Positions 20,569 to 31,741 are shown, counted from the first letter of the whole stretch. The stretch: DNA of 63,625 bases, filler included, from Trichomonas gallinae (GCA_008369845.1; 5 parts of 5 records of this genome joined end to end with filler, not necessarily neighbours in it), one strand, 5' to 3'. The notes: generated by a model not told the origin, from the letters alone. Numbers and translations are program-made.

Positions 20569-20901
20569 ATGACGACTACCACAATCTACAGCCTTCCACA
20601 AGAGATAATTGATGAAGCTATGAAGAAGAAGCGTGATGAGATTAAGAATTCAGATGCATGCAAGGATTTAACTGGCTTACAGAAAACCAAATTTGTGATC
20701 AATGAAACTAAAAAATTTTTCGTTTCTGAAACACCGGAGAATAAAGCATGGCTTGAGCAGAATGGCTATCTTGCAAGCCAAACAACAGCAATTGAGATCA
20801 GCAGTGCAGATTATAATGAAATGAAAAATAACCTAGAGAAACTAGAAGCAACAGTCAAGAAAATGAGAAACCTCTTCGATAAGATCAAACCAATAAATTA
20901 A
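20569..20901 (+). CDS. Hypothetical 110-aa protein with C-terminal coiled coil
   Basis: ATG 20569 preceded by an initiator-like TCATT. Coding-like composition. Head-to-head with the CENP-C-like gene. Confidence 0.65.
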   Translation: MTTTTIYSLPQEIIDEAMKKKRDEIKNSDACKDLTGLQKTKFVINETKKFFVSETPENKAWLEQNGYLASQTTAIEISSADYNEMKNNLEKLEATVKKMRNLFDKIKPIN

Positions 20902-20962
20902 TAAATGAATTGAATTGCTTTTTTCATTTTTTTAATTGACGTTTATAAAATTTTTTTAAAAA

Positions 20963-22342
20963 ATGATATCATCTCCAAATGAAGATTTAGACATTAAAAA
21001 GCAGATCGGCGGCACAGAGATGTCGGACCCTATTACGCCGAAGCTTAGGCAGTCTTCGAAGACTTCTTCTTCTTTTGATTCGCCTCGATCTCCCCTGTTT
21101 TCCAAGGAAGATCAGGTCGAAATGCAGCAGAGCAGGCGAAGACTAGAGATGGAGATTATAACGCTCGACCATAAATTAAAATCGCTTCAAACAGAGTTTC
21201 AAACATTAAATTCGAAATTAGTTTCGCACGGTGAGCTTACGCAACTGAAAGCGCAAACAAGGCTACGAATATACGATGACCAATACACTCAAGCAAATCA
21301 ATTAATCGATGATTATATTAATACACTAAGATCTGTTCGTGCTGCGCAAGCCTCTATTGCCGTCCTCGAGCAGAAAATACAAGAGGAGTCTGAGCGTCGA
21401 CATGTTATTCTCGACGAGTCGATTTCAGTATTAAACGCTTTAGATTTCTCAGACATCCGCTTTGCATCCCCAAAGCTAACAGAGATAGACGATAATGTTG
21501 ACAGGTCAACGAAAATAGACATGGATAGATTGAATATTGAAATTCAAAATACTCAAAATTCAATTTCTCTATTGGAAAATACGCACCAATTCCTCCCAAT
21601 TCAGACATCAGTTGCCAGCGAAATGAAAAAATCATTCGAAGCAGAAATTGCTTTAAGATCAATCGGCATAACTGCTTTAAGGACGGAAATACAGGCGAAT
21701 CAGAAACTTATTGCGTCAAGTGATGTTGAAATCAGACGTTTTGAAGCCGAAATTAATGAAATTAAAAAGAGAATCGAAAACAACAAGAAAAAGATACAAA
21801 ATGATTCAGTTAATCATGAAATGCAACTGAACCTAACAGTCACATCATTTAAGCAGCAGATATCACAATTGGATACCGAAATTGATTTACTGAAATCTAA
21901 ATTATCAGATACGGCTCTGATATATGACAAAATAGTCGAAGAAACCAAAATAATGGAAACAAAAGTCCAATCTTTTGATGTCGACGACGAAGAAGAAGAG
22001 ATTTTCGACAACGATGAATATTATTCTATTGTTAGCTCCCAAGAATCAGAAGACGAAATAATTCTTTCGGCCAAAAAGAAGGAGCTGATTAGTGAGATAT
22101 CGGAGCTCGACTCGAAATTCAGAGAAATGAAGAAGGAGGCTCTAAAACGCGAGAATTTCCTGAAGGAGACAATAATAAAGATGAGCAACAAATTTAGGAG
22201 CAATAAAACCATTTTGGCGAGGTCTGGCTGTGTGATCCGCTCTGCCCCGCCAAGCCCCTCCAGCTCTGGGATAAACAGGAGCCTGGACAACTTAATCTTG
22301 AAAATCGATAATTCTTTATCAGAGCTCACACTATCAAAATAA
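20963..22342 (+). CDS. Hypothetical long coiled-coil protein
   Basis: 459-aa ORF with extended heptad-like E/K/I/L-rich stretches. Confidence 0.8.
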   Translation: MISSPNEDLDIKKQIGGTEMSDPITPKLRQSSKTSSSFDSPRSPLFSKEDQVEMQQSRRRLEMEIITLDHKLKSLQTEFQTLNSKLVSHGELTQLKAQTRLRIYDDQYTQANQLIDDYINTLRSVRAAQASIAVLEQKIQEESERRHVILDESISVLNALDFSDIRFASPKLTEIDDNVDRSTKIDMDRLNIEIQNTQNSISLLENTHQFLPIQTSVASEMKKSFEAEIALRSIGITALRTEIQANQKLIASSDVEIRRFEAEINEIKKRIENNKKKIQNDSVNHEMQLNLTVTSFKQQISQLDTEIDLLKSKLSDTALIYDKIVEETKIMETKVQSFDVDDEEEEIFDNDEYYSIVSSQESEDEIILSAKKKELISEISELDSKFREMKKEALKRENFLKETIIKMSNKFRSNKTILARSGCVIRSAPPSPSSSGINRSLDNLILKIDNSLSELTLSK

Positions 22343-22432
22343 CCACTGTTTGTAAATTGTATATGTATGTTTTTGCATTAAGCATTTAATGATATAACAA
22401 ACAACAAAAAAAAATCTAAAAAATAACAAAAA

Positions 22433-23410
22433 TTAAGGAACATTAACAGCAAATGTCACACTGGAGTTGACTGGTTTGACGCCTGTATTGTTATTAGCTT
22501 TGTTTCTGATAACAGCAAGACCGAAGAACGATTTCGCTGTAGGAACACCCGGAATAAGATTGTTGGAATTAATTGCTCTAAGAGATTTTGACATAGGAAT
22601 TGGGCCGGATTTCTTTGGCGCTGGAATGTTAAATTGATCAAAATATGGATGCAGCAACAGTTCGGTTACTGTTGCTCGACTTGCCGGATTTGTTATCAAA
22701 CAGCGGGCAATTAGATCTTGTAAATTCTTGTCATCTATTTCTTTTGTTGAGTAGAAGCCAATAGTTATGAGACGAACCAAACCATCCGAATCATTTGAAT
22801 AGAAAGGATACTTTCCAGTCGATAAAAGGTATATAGTAACGCCAAGTGCCCATATATCAGCCGCTAATGGGTTATATGGGTGCGAATAGAACAGTTCTGG
22901 TGCCATAAACAATCTAGTTCCGCGGAAGTGCATGGATGATGCATTATCTTTATACATAGACGAGAAACCAAAGTCTCCTACTTTGACGCGGCCGTATTGA
23001 TCAATAAAGAAATTTGATGGTTTAATGTCTGAATGTGCGATATTCCTTTCATGGCAGGCCTTAATTGAGAGAACCATGTCGTGAATGTAGCGAAGCCTTT
23101 CTACAGCTTGAATCTTTTTTGTACTCTTGATTATAGTCGATAAATCCAACGGGCAATATTCCATTAGAAGATAAACAAATTTTCCATATTGATAATATTG
23201 ATATAATGAGACGATTGCTGGGTCATCTATCGCAATCAAGCAGTCAAGCTCGGATTGGTTAAAGAGATTTCCTGGGATTTTCTTTAACGCGTAGTTATTT
23301 TGGTACTGAGTAGAGTATACGAGAAACACGACTCCATAGCCTCCTTTGGCTATCAGTTTTTTGAAAACAATTCCCTGGGTGAGAAAGAATTTAACTTCTT
23401 CTGGTTCCAT
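22433..23410 (-). CDS. CAMK-like Ser/Thr kinase (non-RD, HSDIK type)
   Basis: KGGYGVV, YALKK, HSDIKPSN, DFG, FMAPE, DIWALG. Confidence 0.9.
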   Translation of the reverse strand: MEPEEVKFFLTQGIVFKKLIAKGGYGVVFLVYSTQYQNNYALKKIPGNLFNQSELDCLIAIDDPAIVSLYQYYQYGKFVYLLMEYCPLDLSTIIKSTKKIQAVERLRYIHDMVLSIKACHERNIAHSDIKPSNFFIDQYGRVKVGDFGFSSMYKDNASSMHFRGTRLFMAPELFYSHPYNPLAADIWALGVTIYLLSTGKYPFYSNDSDGLVRLITIGFYSTKEIDDKNLQDLIARCLITNPASRATVTELLLHPYFDQFNIPAPKKSGPIPMSKSLRAINSNNLIPGVPTAKSFFGLAVIRNKANNNTGVKPVNSSVTFAVNVP

Positions 23411-25409
23411 AAATTTATGTTTTTTTGTTAAGTTTACATATCGATCTTCAGAAACAAAAACCTCTGAAAATATGATAATTTCATTTATTGGTGCTCGCAG
23501 TCATAATGCTCTAATTTAATTTTTTTAGCTTTTGAATGACAATGGATGAAATTAGCATATTTTTAATGCTACAACATATTCCGAGAAATACGTTTTCTAT
23601 TATTATTGTAAATGTTGAAATGTTTACATCCATTTTTTTTAACGTTAGGCTCAGAAAACATTGTTAATTTTTAGAAAAAGAATAGCATCGTTTTTGATAA
23701 TTGAATACTTTTGCCGGGAAAAATTTTTTTTCATTCGGTTGTTTTTTTGATATTATGTTGGAATATAGGTGTTTTAAACAATAAATGATATTTCTCCGTT
23801 TATTATAATTCATTCAAAATATATCTGTTTAAATTTGCGATAAATGATATCGAAATATCCTAATTAGTTAAAAAATAGAATCAAAATGAGGTTAAATGTG
23901 TGTAAGAAAATTTCGAATTTAAAAATGGTAAACGAGACGCTTATGTATTGCTTAGTAAACTGTTTTTATTTATGCTATTGAGAGTGAAATCCATAGAAGA
24001 CAAAATATTGAAAAAAAATTAAAAAATAAAAAAAAACACAGAACTCGTAATTAGTTTGCATTCAACTACCTCTAAATAAAACAATGATAAAAGCTCTATG
24101 TTAAAATATCAATATTTTATCCATGATAAAAATAAAAACTCATTTAAATTGAATATGGCTATCAAAAATACAACATACTGAGCAAAAATAAATATTTTTT
24201 AAAAGCATAGTCTATCTATTTCTCTTTGAATAAAATATCTAGTTATTGCTGTAATATTATCAACATAGAGATAAAAAGAAATGATATTTCATATGGCAGT
24301 TTTATAAACGCTTTCCTTATAAAGATAATCTATAATGAGTGATAGTCAATGAGAACTAATGACATACAAGAGCTTTTGCCTATATTTCTTATATTAAAAT
24401 TGAAACGAAATCCAAAGGTCTATATTCTTAAATCATTTTATTTCTTTCGTATTATGAAAGAAGTCATGATCTTTTTGTTTATTTGTATGATTTTGAAAAT
24501 ATGAAAGGAATTTTGAAAACTATTGACGAAGTAGAATGATTAAAGCATTTTTAATCTACTTCATTGGCTGAATGATCGAAGCAAAAAATGAAATGAGGAA
24601 ATTAAGCTAAATGGGTTTGCTGTGAAGTAAATAAACTTAAACTTAATCAACGATGGATTTTAGATACAGTTGATAGTTAGTAGAATAAGGTTAGTTTCTC
24701 GCACTTTTTGTTTAAGTCAAGGATTACACATGTTAGAAGTAATAAATGTAAATCCGTAATCTAATACAATGCGCATAATCAATCGCGATTATCTAGCTAA
24801 TTTTGAAATTGACAATTTGAAAAAATCTCGAGAATGAGTATCTAATTTGCTGTATGCTGGTAGTATACAGCGTGCCCTTTCGAAATGTTGAATACCTCTG
24901 AGTTGAAAGAACACTCGATTAGATAATCAAAAATAAAAATGATTTCTGATCACGATTTTCAGACTCAAACTATCCCTTTCTAATGCTTTTAACTCCAAAT
25001 AGCTTCGAAAGGAAGCAAATTTCCTAATTTCTTACACAAAGTCATTTGAAAGCGAAAATCTGATCGATACTGTATCACACGAATCTAAATCAACAAGAAA
25101 ATTCAGAAAAAGCAAAAAAGCGTTTATCAATAATTCAAAAAGCTTTTTCAATACGGTTAAATGGAAAGCGAAAGTGTCCAAAACTAGATATTGCAGTACA
25201 GAAATTGGTCATCAAACGCGTATTACCAGCAAAATGGCTCTAATATAATTTGCAAAAAAAAAAAATTATGGCCAAAAAAAACTTAAAATAGCGTATCCCC
25301 AGTGTCCTAACCGTCATGTGAAGAAATCTTAAAAAGTTCCCAGAAATGTACTTTTTCAGAGAACAACCCTCTTTTTCAGAATTTTGAGCGGTCGCTTTCA
25401 TTTCGCTAG

Positions 25410-26012
25410 ATGAAGCACATCAAATGCGTTGTTGTCGGTGACGGCGCCGTCGGTAAGACCTGCCTTCTCATTTCATTCACAACCAATGCTTTCCCAGGTG
25501 AATACATCCCAACAGTTTTCGATAACTACTCCGCAAATGTTATGGCTGAGGGACACCCACCAGTCAACTTACAGCTCTGGGATACAGCTGGCCAGGAAGA
25601 CTACAAGAAGCTCCGCCCGCTCTCCTATCCACAGACAGACGTTTTCCTTCTCTGCTTCTCGTTGGTCTATCGTGCATCTCTCGAAAACATCGAGACAATG
25701 TGGATCAAGGAAATCAAGGAATACTGCCCGAACAAGCCATACATCCTCGTCGGCCTCAAGTCCGACCTTCGTGATGAGTTCGATCAGCGCGCTGACGAAC
25801 TCCGCTCTAAGGGCTACGAACCAATCCCACGCGCCAAGGGTGAGGAAATGGCTAAGAAGATCAACGCTTGCTCATACATAGAGTGCTCCGCTCTCAAGAG
25901 CTACAACCTTACAGAGGTTTTCGACGAAGCCGTTAAGTACGCTCTTGACCCACCAACCCAGCACGACGCTAAGGAAGCCAAGGGTGAAGGCGGCTGCTGT
26001 GAGCTTATCTAA
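25410..26012 (+). CDS. RAC: Rac/Rho-family small GTPase
   Basis: [27 protein letters not shown]-terminal GGCCELI prenylation motif. TCATT just upstream. Confidence 0.95.
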   Translation: MKHIKCVVVGDGAVGKTCLLISFTTNAFPGEYIPTVFDNYSANVMAEGHPPVNLQLWDTAGQEDYKKLRPLSYPQTDVFLLCFSLVYRASLENIETMWIKEIKEYCPNKPYILVGLKSDLRDEFDQRADELRSKGYEPIPRAKGEEMAKKINACSYIECSALKSYNLTEVFDEAVKYALDPPTQHDAKEAKGEGGCCELI

Positions 26013-26175
26013 ACTATTCAAAAAAACAAAAATAGGGCCAGAGTTAAAAAATTTCATGTTGAATGCTATGACAAACAACTAATTGGACTCGGTGTAATAA
26101 TAAAAAGGAATTGTAATATAATCTCTGTTTTTATATCCACATAATTTAAAAATCTAAACGTACTAAGATAAAACA

Positions 26176-27459
26176 ATGGATATCGAGCACTCCGTCCTTC
26201 CCGAGGGCTTCAAGTACGGATACCAGGTAGAGCAGACAGACAAGCAGCTCGTGCTCACGTTTAATTTCAAAGATGCCGTGCACATTGACCAATTCACAAC
26301 TCTATACGACTCAAACAAGCACAATATCATCGTGAAAAGGAGAGATAAGGAGCTGATTCTCTGCGGCCACTTCTATGATGCCGATGATTCGCCCCTGGAG
26401 AAGTCGGTCGTAGGAAAGTCATTCGTTCTAAAAGTCAACAAAATGCACTTCGATCCATGGCCGGTCGTCATATCTGCTGCGATAGACGACGGAATCGACG
26501 GAAAATCGGCATTCTTACTTTGCCTTTTGGAAGATGGGCAAAATAATTTTGCTAAGTCATATGAAATGCTTCAGAAATCTGTTGAACTTGGATACATACC
26601 GGCCATACTGTACCAGGCCACCATTCTCAGCGACCCGGAGAACCCTTTTACTGATGTCGACATCGAGAAGAGCTTGGAGCTCTACCAGACGCTAATGACC
26701 AAAGTCGTCGACCCAAGTGTTGGCATAAAATACGCCCGCCTGCTTATCCAGAACAACAGATTCGAAGAAGCCGAGCAAGTTTTGCTTCAGATCGAAAGCC
26801 GCTCAATGGATGCGAAATTCGAGCTCGCCAACCTGTATTTCGACAAGATGAACAAGCCAGACACTGCTTACGAGCAGTTCAGCGAGCTCGTCAACAAGAA
26901 TTACAGAGAAGCGATGCCGAAGCTAGCGCACATGCTTGAGAACGGAATCGGCACAGCAGTAGACAAGAAGGCCGCAGACATGATCAAGCGCAAATACAAT
27001 GACCTCCCAGACAATGTAGACACGTCAATCCAGATGTCGCCGAAGAAAGGCAGCCTCAAGACAACAACAGAGTCAGTTGCAATCTCTCCATCAGCGAAGG
27101 CAGCCCTCAAGACGAGCGCTGACGTCATCTCGCACACGTTCGAGTCCCAGCCGATTCGCAAGGAGCTCAGCAACTCAACATTCACAGACATTCCTGAATC
27201 CAACCTCTCGACGCCGAAGAAGAACCCGGAGATCGGCGGGTCCGTCTCCAGCGAGGTCCCTGCTTTCTCACCGAAGAAGGTCATCAGCCAGGGCTCTCAC
27301 TTCGACATCGACGAGCAGAGAAAGATTCTCGAAGAAAAGACAAAAGAGCCGGAGTGGATGGTCATCGCCAAATCTGCGGCCGCTGGTGCTGGCGCCGTCT
27401 TGGCCGTCTACGCGATAATCAAACTGATCGGAAAAATCACCGAAAAGAAGAAGGATTAA
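26176..27459 (+). CDS. Tail-anchored Hsp20/CS-like + TPR/Sel1 protein (hydrogenosomal Tom36/Tom46-like receptor)
   Basis: N-terminal beta-rich segment (YQVEQTDKQLVLTF...LKVNK..DPWPVVI), Sel1/TPR-like helices, a disordered linker, and a C-terminal TM (AAAGAGAVLAVYAII) followed by a Lys-rich tail. Confidence 0.65.
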   Translation: MDIEHSVLPEGFKYGYQVEQTDKQLVLTFNFKDAVHIDQFTTLYDSNKHNIIVKRRDKELILCGHFYDADDSPLEKSVVGKSFVLKVNKMHFDPWPVVISAAIDDGIDGKSAFLLCLLEDGQNNFAKSYEMLQKSVELGYIPAILYQATILSDPENPFTDVDIEKSLELYQTLMTKVVDPSVGIKYARLLIQNNRFEEAEQVLLQIESRSMDAKFELANLYFDKMNKPDTAYEQFSELVNKNYREAMPKLAHMLENGIGTAVDKKAADMIKRKYNDLPDNVDTSIQMSPKKGSLKTTTESVAISPSAKAALKTSADVISHTFESQPIRKELSNSTFTDIPESNLSTPKKNPEIGGSVSSEVPAFSPKKVISQGSHFDIDEQRKILEEKTKEPEWMVIAKSAAAGAGAVLAVYAIIKLIGKITEKKKD

Positions 27460-27736
27460 CTTTATTTTTTCTATCAATAAATTATTATTTTATGTTTTAC
27501 CTAAAACTGCTAAAATACAGCCCATTTTTCCATACTACTCTACACCCCTTCATCAAAATTCGAAAATTCATATTTATATAATTTGATATATTTGAATATA
27601 ATTAAAAGAACTATTTTAGACTAAAATATATTAGCACTGACTAAATTATTAATAAAGATAAGGATAAATTTTTCTTTCTATTACTAAAATTTTTATTTTA
27701 TATGTTTTACAAACAAAACTCTATAGACTTAGTGCA

Positions 27737-27759
27737 ATATATATATATATATATATATA
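27737..27759. repeat. (AT)n microsatellite
   Basis: Uninterrupted AT dinucleotide run just downstream of the DHHC-type gene stop. Confidence 0.9.
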
Positions 27760-27765
27760 AGCAAT

Positions 27766-28773
27766 CTATGTTAACAGACTGATTTGCGTTTGCACTGACT
27801 CTGAGTAGATTGAAATTCCTTCCTCGTCATTGTGAGTGTCTGGGATGCCAGAAAGCTTAATGCACGGGAAAGGCCAGCAGAGGAAGGCTTTCCTGGTGCC
27901 ACAGATGGACTCAAAGTTCCTGCAGCAGCCGCGGCCTGGTGTTGGAGACTCTTTGTTCTTCCAGCGCTCGATTAATGTCAAGTTCTGAGCCAAGTTGCGC
28001 ATGGCGGCAATGAAAAGCCTGAAAGCGAAGATGAAGAGGAATATTGTTATCAAAAGGAAGACAAAACCAGGAATTGAGTAATAATCAAACTTCTTTGTTT
28101 TGATTGCAGTCTCTATGATATCTCTAGTCCAGAAATACTTGAATCCGAGCAGTTCTAAGCAATACAAAGATGCCCAGCCTGTCAAAAGAATGAAATATCT
28201 CTGGTTCTTCAAGCCAACCCACGACTGAGTCCAGTAGCAGAAGTGATCGGCCCTCAAAACGTATCTTCTGGCGTCAATCGAGAAAGATGCGCGTTCTGGA
28301 CGTTCGTGTGTCCTTCCAAACTCAACCTGTTCCTGGTAAACGGCAATTGACGACATCATGGATTCCCAGTCATACTCATCTTGGCGTGTTATGCACCAGT
28401 TATATGGAAGATATCCGGGACCAATGTATATAATTGCAACGTACGAAATAATGACATTAACGAATGTAAAAGAGAGCACTGAGTAGACGGAATAGTTCCA
28501 AATGTTGTTAGGAAATTGATGTGAAGTTGAGAACAACGGACTTGTGTCAAATATGAATAAAGCGAATGATGCCACAAACAAGCTAATCACGAGGAATGGT
28601 ATTTTAAGGCTGACACGCCAGTGTTCGCATATTGTAAAATCACCAACGGGAAAATACGCCTTTCTACAGCAGCAACAGCTCTTGTCGATCCAGTCAGTCC
28701 TGACACCGCCAGCGTACTCAACCTCAACGGTCGGGACTTGGGCATTATTTATCAAAGGCCGATCGTCAATCAT
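27766..28773 (-). CDS. DHHC-family palmitoyltransferase, DHFC variant
   Basis: GPGY, RPERAS...VLRADHFCYWTQSWVGLKNQRYF, NLTLIE and NFESICG motifs. Four TM segments. Confidence 0.85.
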   Translation of the reverse strand: MIDDRPLINNAQVPTVEVEYAGGVRTDWIDKSCCCCRKAYFPVGDFTICEHWRVSLKIPFLVISLFVASFALFIFDTSPLFSTSHQFPNNIWNYSVYSVLSFTFVNVIISYVAIIYIGPGYLPYNWCITRQDEYDWESMMSSIAVYQEQVEFGRTHERPERASFSIDARRYVLRADHFCYWTQSWVGLKNQRYFILLTGWASLYCLELLGFKYFWTRDIIETAIKTKKFDYYSIPGFVFLLITIFLFIFAFRLFIAAMRNLAQNLTLIERWKNKESPTPGRGCCRNFESICGTRKAFLCWPFPCIKLSGIPDTHNDEEGISIYSESVQTQISLLT

Positions 28774-28862
28774 TTTTTTTATTTGATGCTTTTAGATATA
28801 TTTACGGGCGTGAAAGCATCTATTATTTTTTATTTTGACAATAATAATTTATAAAATATTAT

Positions 28863-29435
28863 TTGTCAAATATATATCTTTTTGAAGGGGAAATAATCGT
28901 TTGATAAGATTTATATGTCAAAAATATAGAACTCGAGCTAGGATTCTGCCAAGCGAGAATAATATATGTGATAATGGAGCTTGTGAACTATGCTTTTGAT
29001 CCATAGAGGATTCTCTTGTTCTTGAAATGGAAACTTTATATTGATAAAATCCTCCCGATTTACTTGTCAAATATATACCTTTTTGAAGGGGAAATAATCG
29101 TTTGACAAGATTTATTTGTCAAAAAATAAATATATTAAGTCATCCGAAAAACCCTTCACAGGCGTTGGAAGCTTGTCTAACGCCGTTTTTAGCGTAAATA
29201 TACCATTTTCTTACTCTCTATCTCATATAGAAGCTAATAAAGATGTTTTTATGCTAAAATAAACTTCATTTTTTATTTTGTAGCAAATCGATATAGATAG
29301 TATTCTACCTAATGAGATTAATATATGTGATAGCGATACTTGTGAACTATACTTTTGATACATAGAGGATTCTCTTGCCCTTGAAATGGGCATATTGCAC
29401 TAAATAAAATTCTTCCGAGTTTTATTTGTCAAAAA
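28863..29435. repeat. Intergenic mosaic duplication A-B-A-x-B
   Basis: A at ~28863-28925 and ~29064-29127 (TTGTCAAATATATA.CTTTTTGAAGGGGAAATAATCGTTTGA). B at ~28939-29070 and ~29298-29433 (CTTGTGAACTAT.CTTTTGAT.CATAGAGGATTCTCTTG). Confidence 0.85.
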
Positions 29436-29464
29436 AATAAACAACACTTTTATTAAAATTAAAC

Positions 29465-31456
29465 TCAAATATTCGCCTGGGCGAGAGTCGTTCTTTCAAA
29501 GAATTCCCTCATCAGCTGGTTCGACGTCCTTCCGATGGACCTTCCAGACAACACCTGCTCTAGTTTAGCCTTCGACGCTCTGAGCTGCTTCGCTGCGACT
29601 TCATCCGTCATTGCTTCGAGTTTCTTCAAGACTTCCTGGAACTTCGAATCCCACGCGTCCAGCTCCATCTTGACGAAAGGCACAATGTCCTCGGTGCTCT
29701 GTGAGTTCTTGAACTCTTCTGTTTTGATAACGAACTGTTTGAAGTATCCTAGTGGACGAACAAACTCAGAGAAAGTCTGCTTGTTTATCTCGCCTCTCTT
29801 CAATATCTCAGCCATAAGACGCGTGTGTTCTTGTACAGGAATCTCCTGGCGAGAGGCCTGCAGCGCGTTCCTGAACTGTGTGAACGTCTGTATGCTGCCA
29901 TTCTGGAAAAACTCTGAGCAGATCTCGTCGTACTTCCCGTTCTCATCTATGTAAGCGTTCGTCAAGTAGCTCAAAACTGCGTCGAGCTCAGCGACATTCT
30001 GCCTGCCGAACCTTATAGAGCCGTCCTGGGTGATCTTCGCTATACGCTCAGTGTAGAACTTTAGTGTTCTGCCCTCTGTGAAGCGCTGAAGGACGACGTC
30101 ACTCGCGTTTATTAAAGAAGCGGTTGGGAAAGGTGAAATGAAAATCTGGTCCGCGCTTTCGTTCTCTGGAAATAAGGGGCCGTTGTGTTCCTTGTTCATG
30201 AGGCTGAGGCAGTAAAGATAGAAGTGAAGGACCTCGTTGTCGAGTGGATCAACTAAACCGATGAATCTGACGAAAAATTCTGCGCGAGAAGACTCCTGGC
30301 GCACATTATATGCATGAGTGAACAGGTCGAGAATAGTTTGCTCTGTTTCCTCGCGTGTGCCGTAGAGATTTAGAAATGTTTCATAAATGAAATGCGGGAA
30401 TGAGACTTTCGACATTTCTGAAATGCCATTTGACTCTATTGCAGCAAGATAATATGAATAAATGAACGAAATCGCTGCATTAAGCCAAACATGTTCGTGA
30501 TTTCTTGGCTGTGCGTTGGCTGGGAGGGAAAGAAACAGCTCTGAGAAGGCAGATCTGATACCCGAAACTGCTGTTGAAAGTGTTCCCTGCTTTAAATATG
30601 CATCTAATTCATCCATAAGATTCATTAATTCATTATTTGTAGTTTTCTTCGCCCTGATCCTTTTTCTAACCTCTTGCATCTTTCCGCGCATGTCTTCGGC
30701 CTGAAATGTTGGTGCAGGCTCAGAAGGAAGATCATTATCCATCTGTGGCTTTATTCCTAATTTCTGTTGTAAATCTCGAAGCTCGGACAATAAAGCGTTC
30801 CTTGAAACTACTTGTTCATCGATTTTTTGCTGAAGATTATCGAATTTTGACAAATCTTTCTCGTGTGACTCATTCCACCTGTTCATCTCCTCATTGTACG
30901 CGTTTTGCACCGTCTCAAGCCTGCTCTTGCTGAAATCTAAGTCTGTTTTCAAGAATTGAACTCTTTCTTTATGGCATTGAAGTATATATTGTCTCTCCTG
31001 CTTCTGTATCTGGACCAGCTTAGAGAGTAGGTCCTGATTCCTCTTCCAAATTACTGCAAAAAGCCTTCCTCTCTCGGCGCATGTAACTGAAACTTGGCGT
31101 AAAAGCTCGTTGAAAGCGACAGAAAACCAGTGCTGTGCGTTTGTGCACACATCCAGTGGGTTCTCGTTCGTCTCAAGATTCTCAGCGAGAACAGAATTTA
31201 ACCATTCACCGAGCAACTCAACCTCTCTTTTCGAAGCCGGTGAGCTGGACGGGAACAGGTTAGCGCGCCATGACTTTACGCCGAGAGAAGAGCGAGTTTG
31301 CGGCCTTGTCTGTATTACTTTGAGATTATTTTTAGTGCCGAGCAGAGGAGTCCCTAAAACAGAGGCACGAAGCGGCTTAGTCTTCGTCGCAGTCATCGTC
31401 ATAGACGTAACGGGCCTGGCTCCCGTACCGAAAACAGATACGGGAGGCTGCTGCAT
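29465..31456 (-). CDS. Axonemal dynein light-chain (p28-like) domain coiled-coil protein, AXDND1-like
   Basis: AFNELLRQVSVTCAERGRLF resembles p28 CFDELIRQVTINCAERGLLL. ATG 31456 (MQQPP). Confidence 0.7.
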   Translation of the reverse strand: MQQPPVSVFGTGARPVTSMTMTATKTKPLRASVLGTPLLGTKNNLKVIQTRPQTRSSLGVKSWRANLFPSSSPASKREVELLGEWLNSVLAENLETNENPLDVCTNAQHWFSVAFNELLRQVSVTCAERGRLFAVIWKRNQDLLSKLVQIQKQERQYILQCHKERVQFLKTDLDFSKSRLETVQNAYNEEMNRWNESHEKDLSKFDNLQQKIDEQVVSRNALLSELRDLQQKLGIKPQMDNDLPSEPAPTFQAEDMRGKMQEVRKRIRAKKTTNNELMNLMDELDAYLKQGTLSTAVSGIRSAFSELFLSLPANAQPRNHEHVWLNAAISFIYSYYLAAIESNGISEMSKVSFPHFIYETFLNLYGTREETEQTILDLFTHAYNVRQESSRAEFFVRFIGLVDPLDNEVLHFYLYCLSLMNKEHNGPLFPENESADQIFISPFPTASLINASDVVLQRFTEGRTLKFYTERIAKITQDGSIRFGRQNVAELDAVLSYLTNAYIDENGKYDEICSEFFQNGSIQTFTQFRNALQASRQEIPVQEHTRLMAEILKRGEINKQTFSEFVRPLGYFKQFVIKTEEFKNSQSTEDIVPFVKMELDAWDSKFQEVLKKLEAMTDEVAAKQLRASKAKLEQVLSGRSIGRTSNQLMREFFERTTLAQANI

Positions 31457-31477
31457 ATTTTCTCTACAACGAACAAA

Positions 31478-31555
31478 ATTCGCAGGGGTTGATATTTTTA
31501 AACAGGGGAAATTAATCAAAATTTACAGGGGTTGATATTTTTAAACAGGGTTATA
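31478..31555. promoter_or_regulatory. Tandem CAGGGG repeats upstream of the AXDND1-like gene
   Basis: CAGGGGTTGATATTTTTAAACAGGGG occurs twice, giving four AGGGG cores. Confidence 0.55.
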
Positions 31556-31741
31556 TCTGATTTAAAAACTCAGAGTTGCCAAAAATCCCAGACAACATTC
31601 TTAGAAATTTTGAGGGCGCACCCAGAGTATATGAATCTAGCTATCATTAGAAAGTTTAATGAGAGGTGTACCAATGACGATAGAAATGTATTTTTGCTCC
31701 AAACTTTGTCAGTATATTACATGCATTAATATAATGATATA

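Noticed and set aside
23411..25409. 2-kb intergenic region with faint coding-like patches
   Set aside because: No ORF in the track, and no family motif or repeat I can support.
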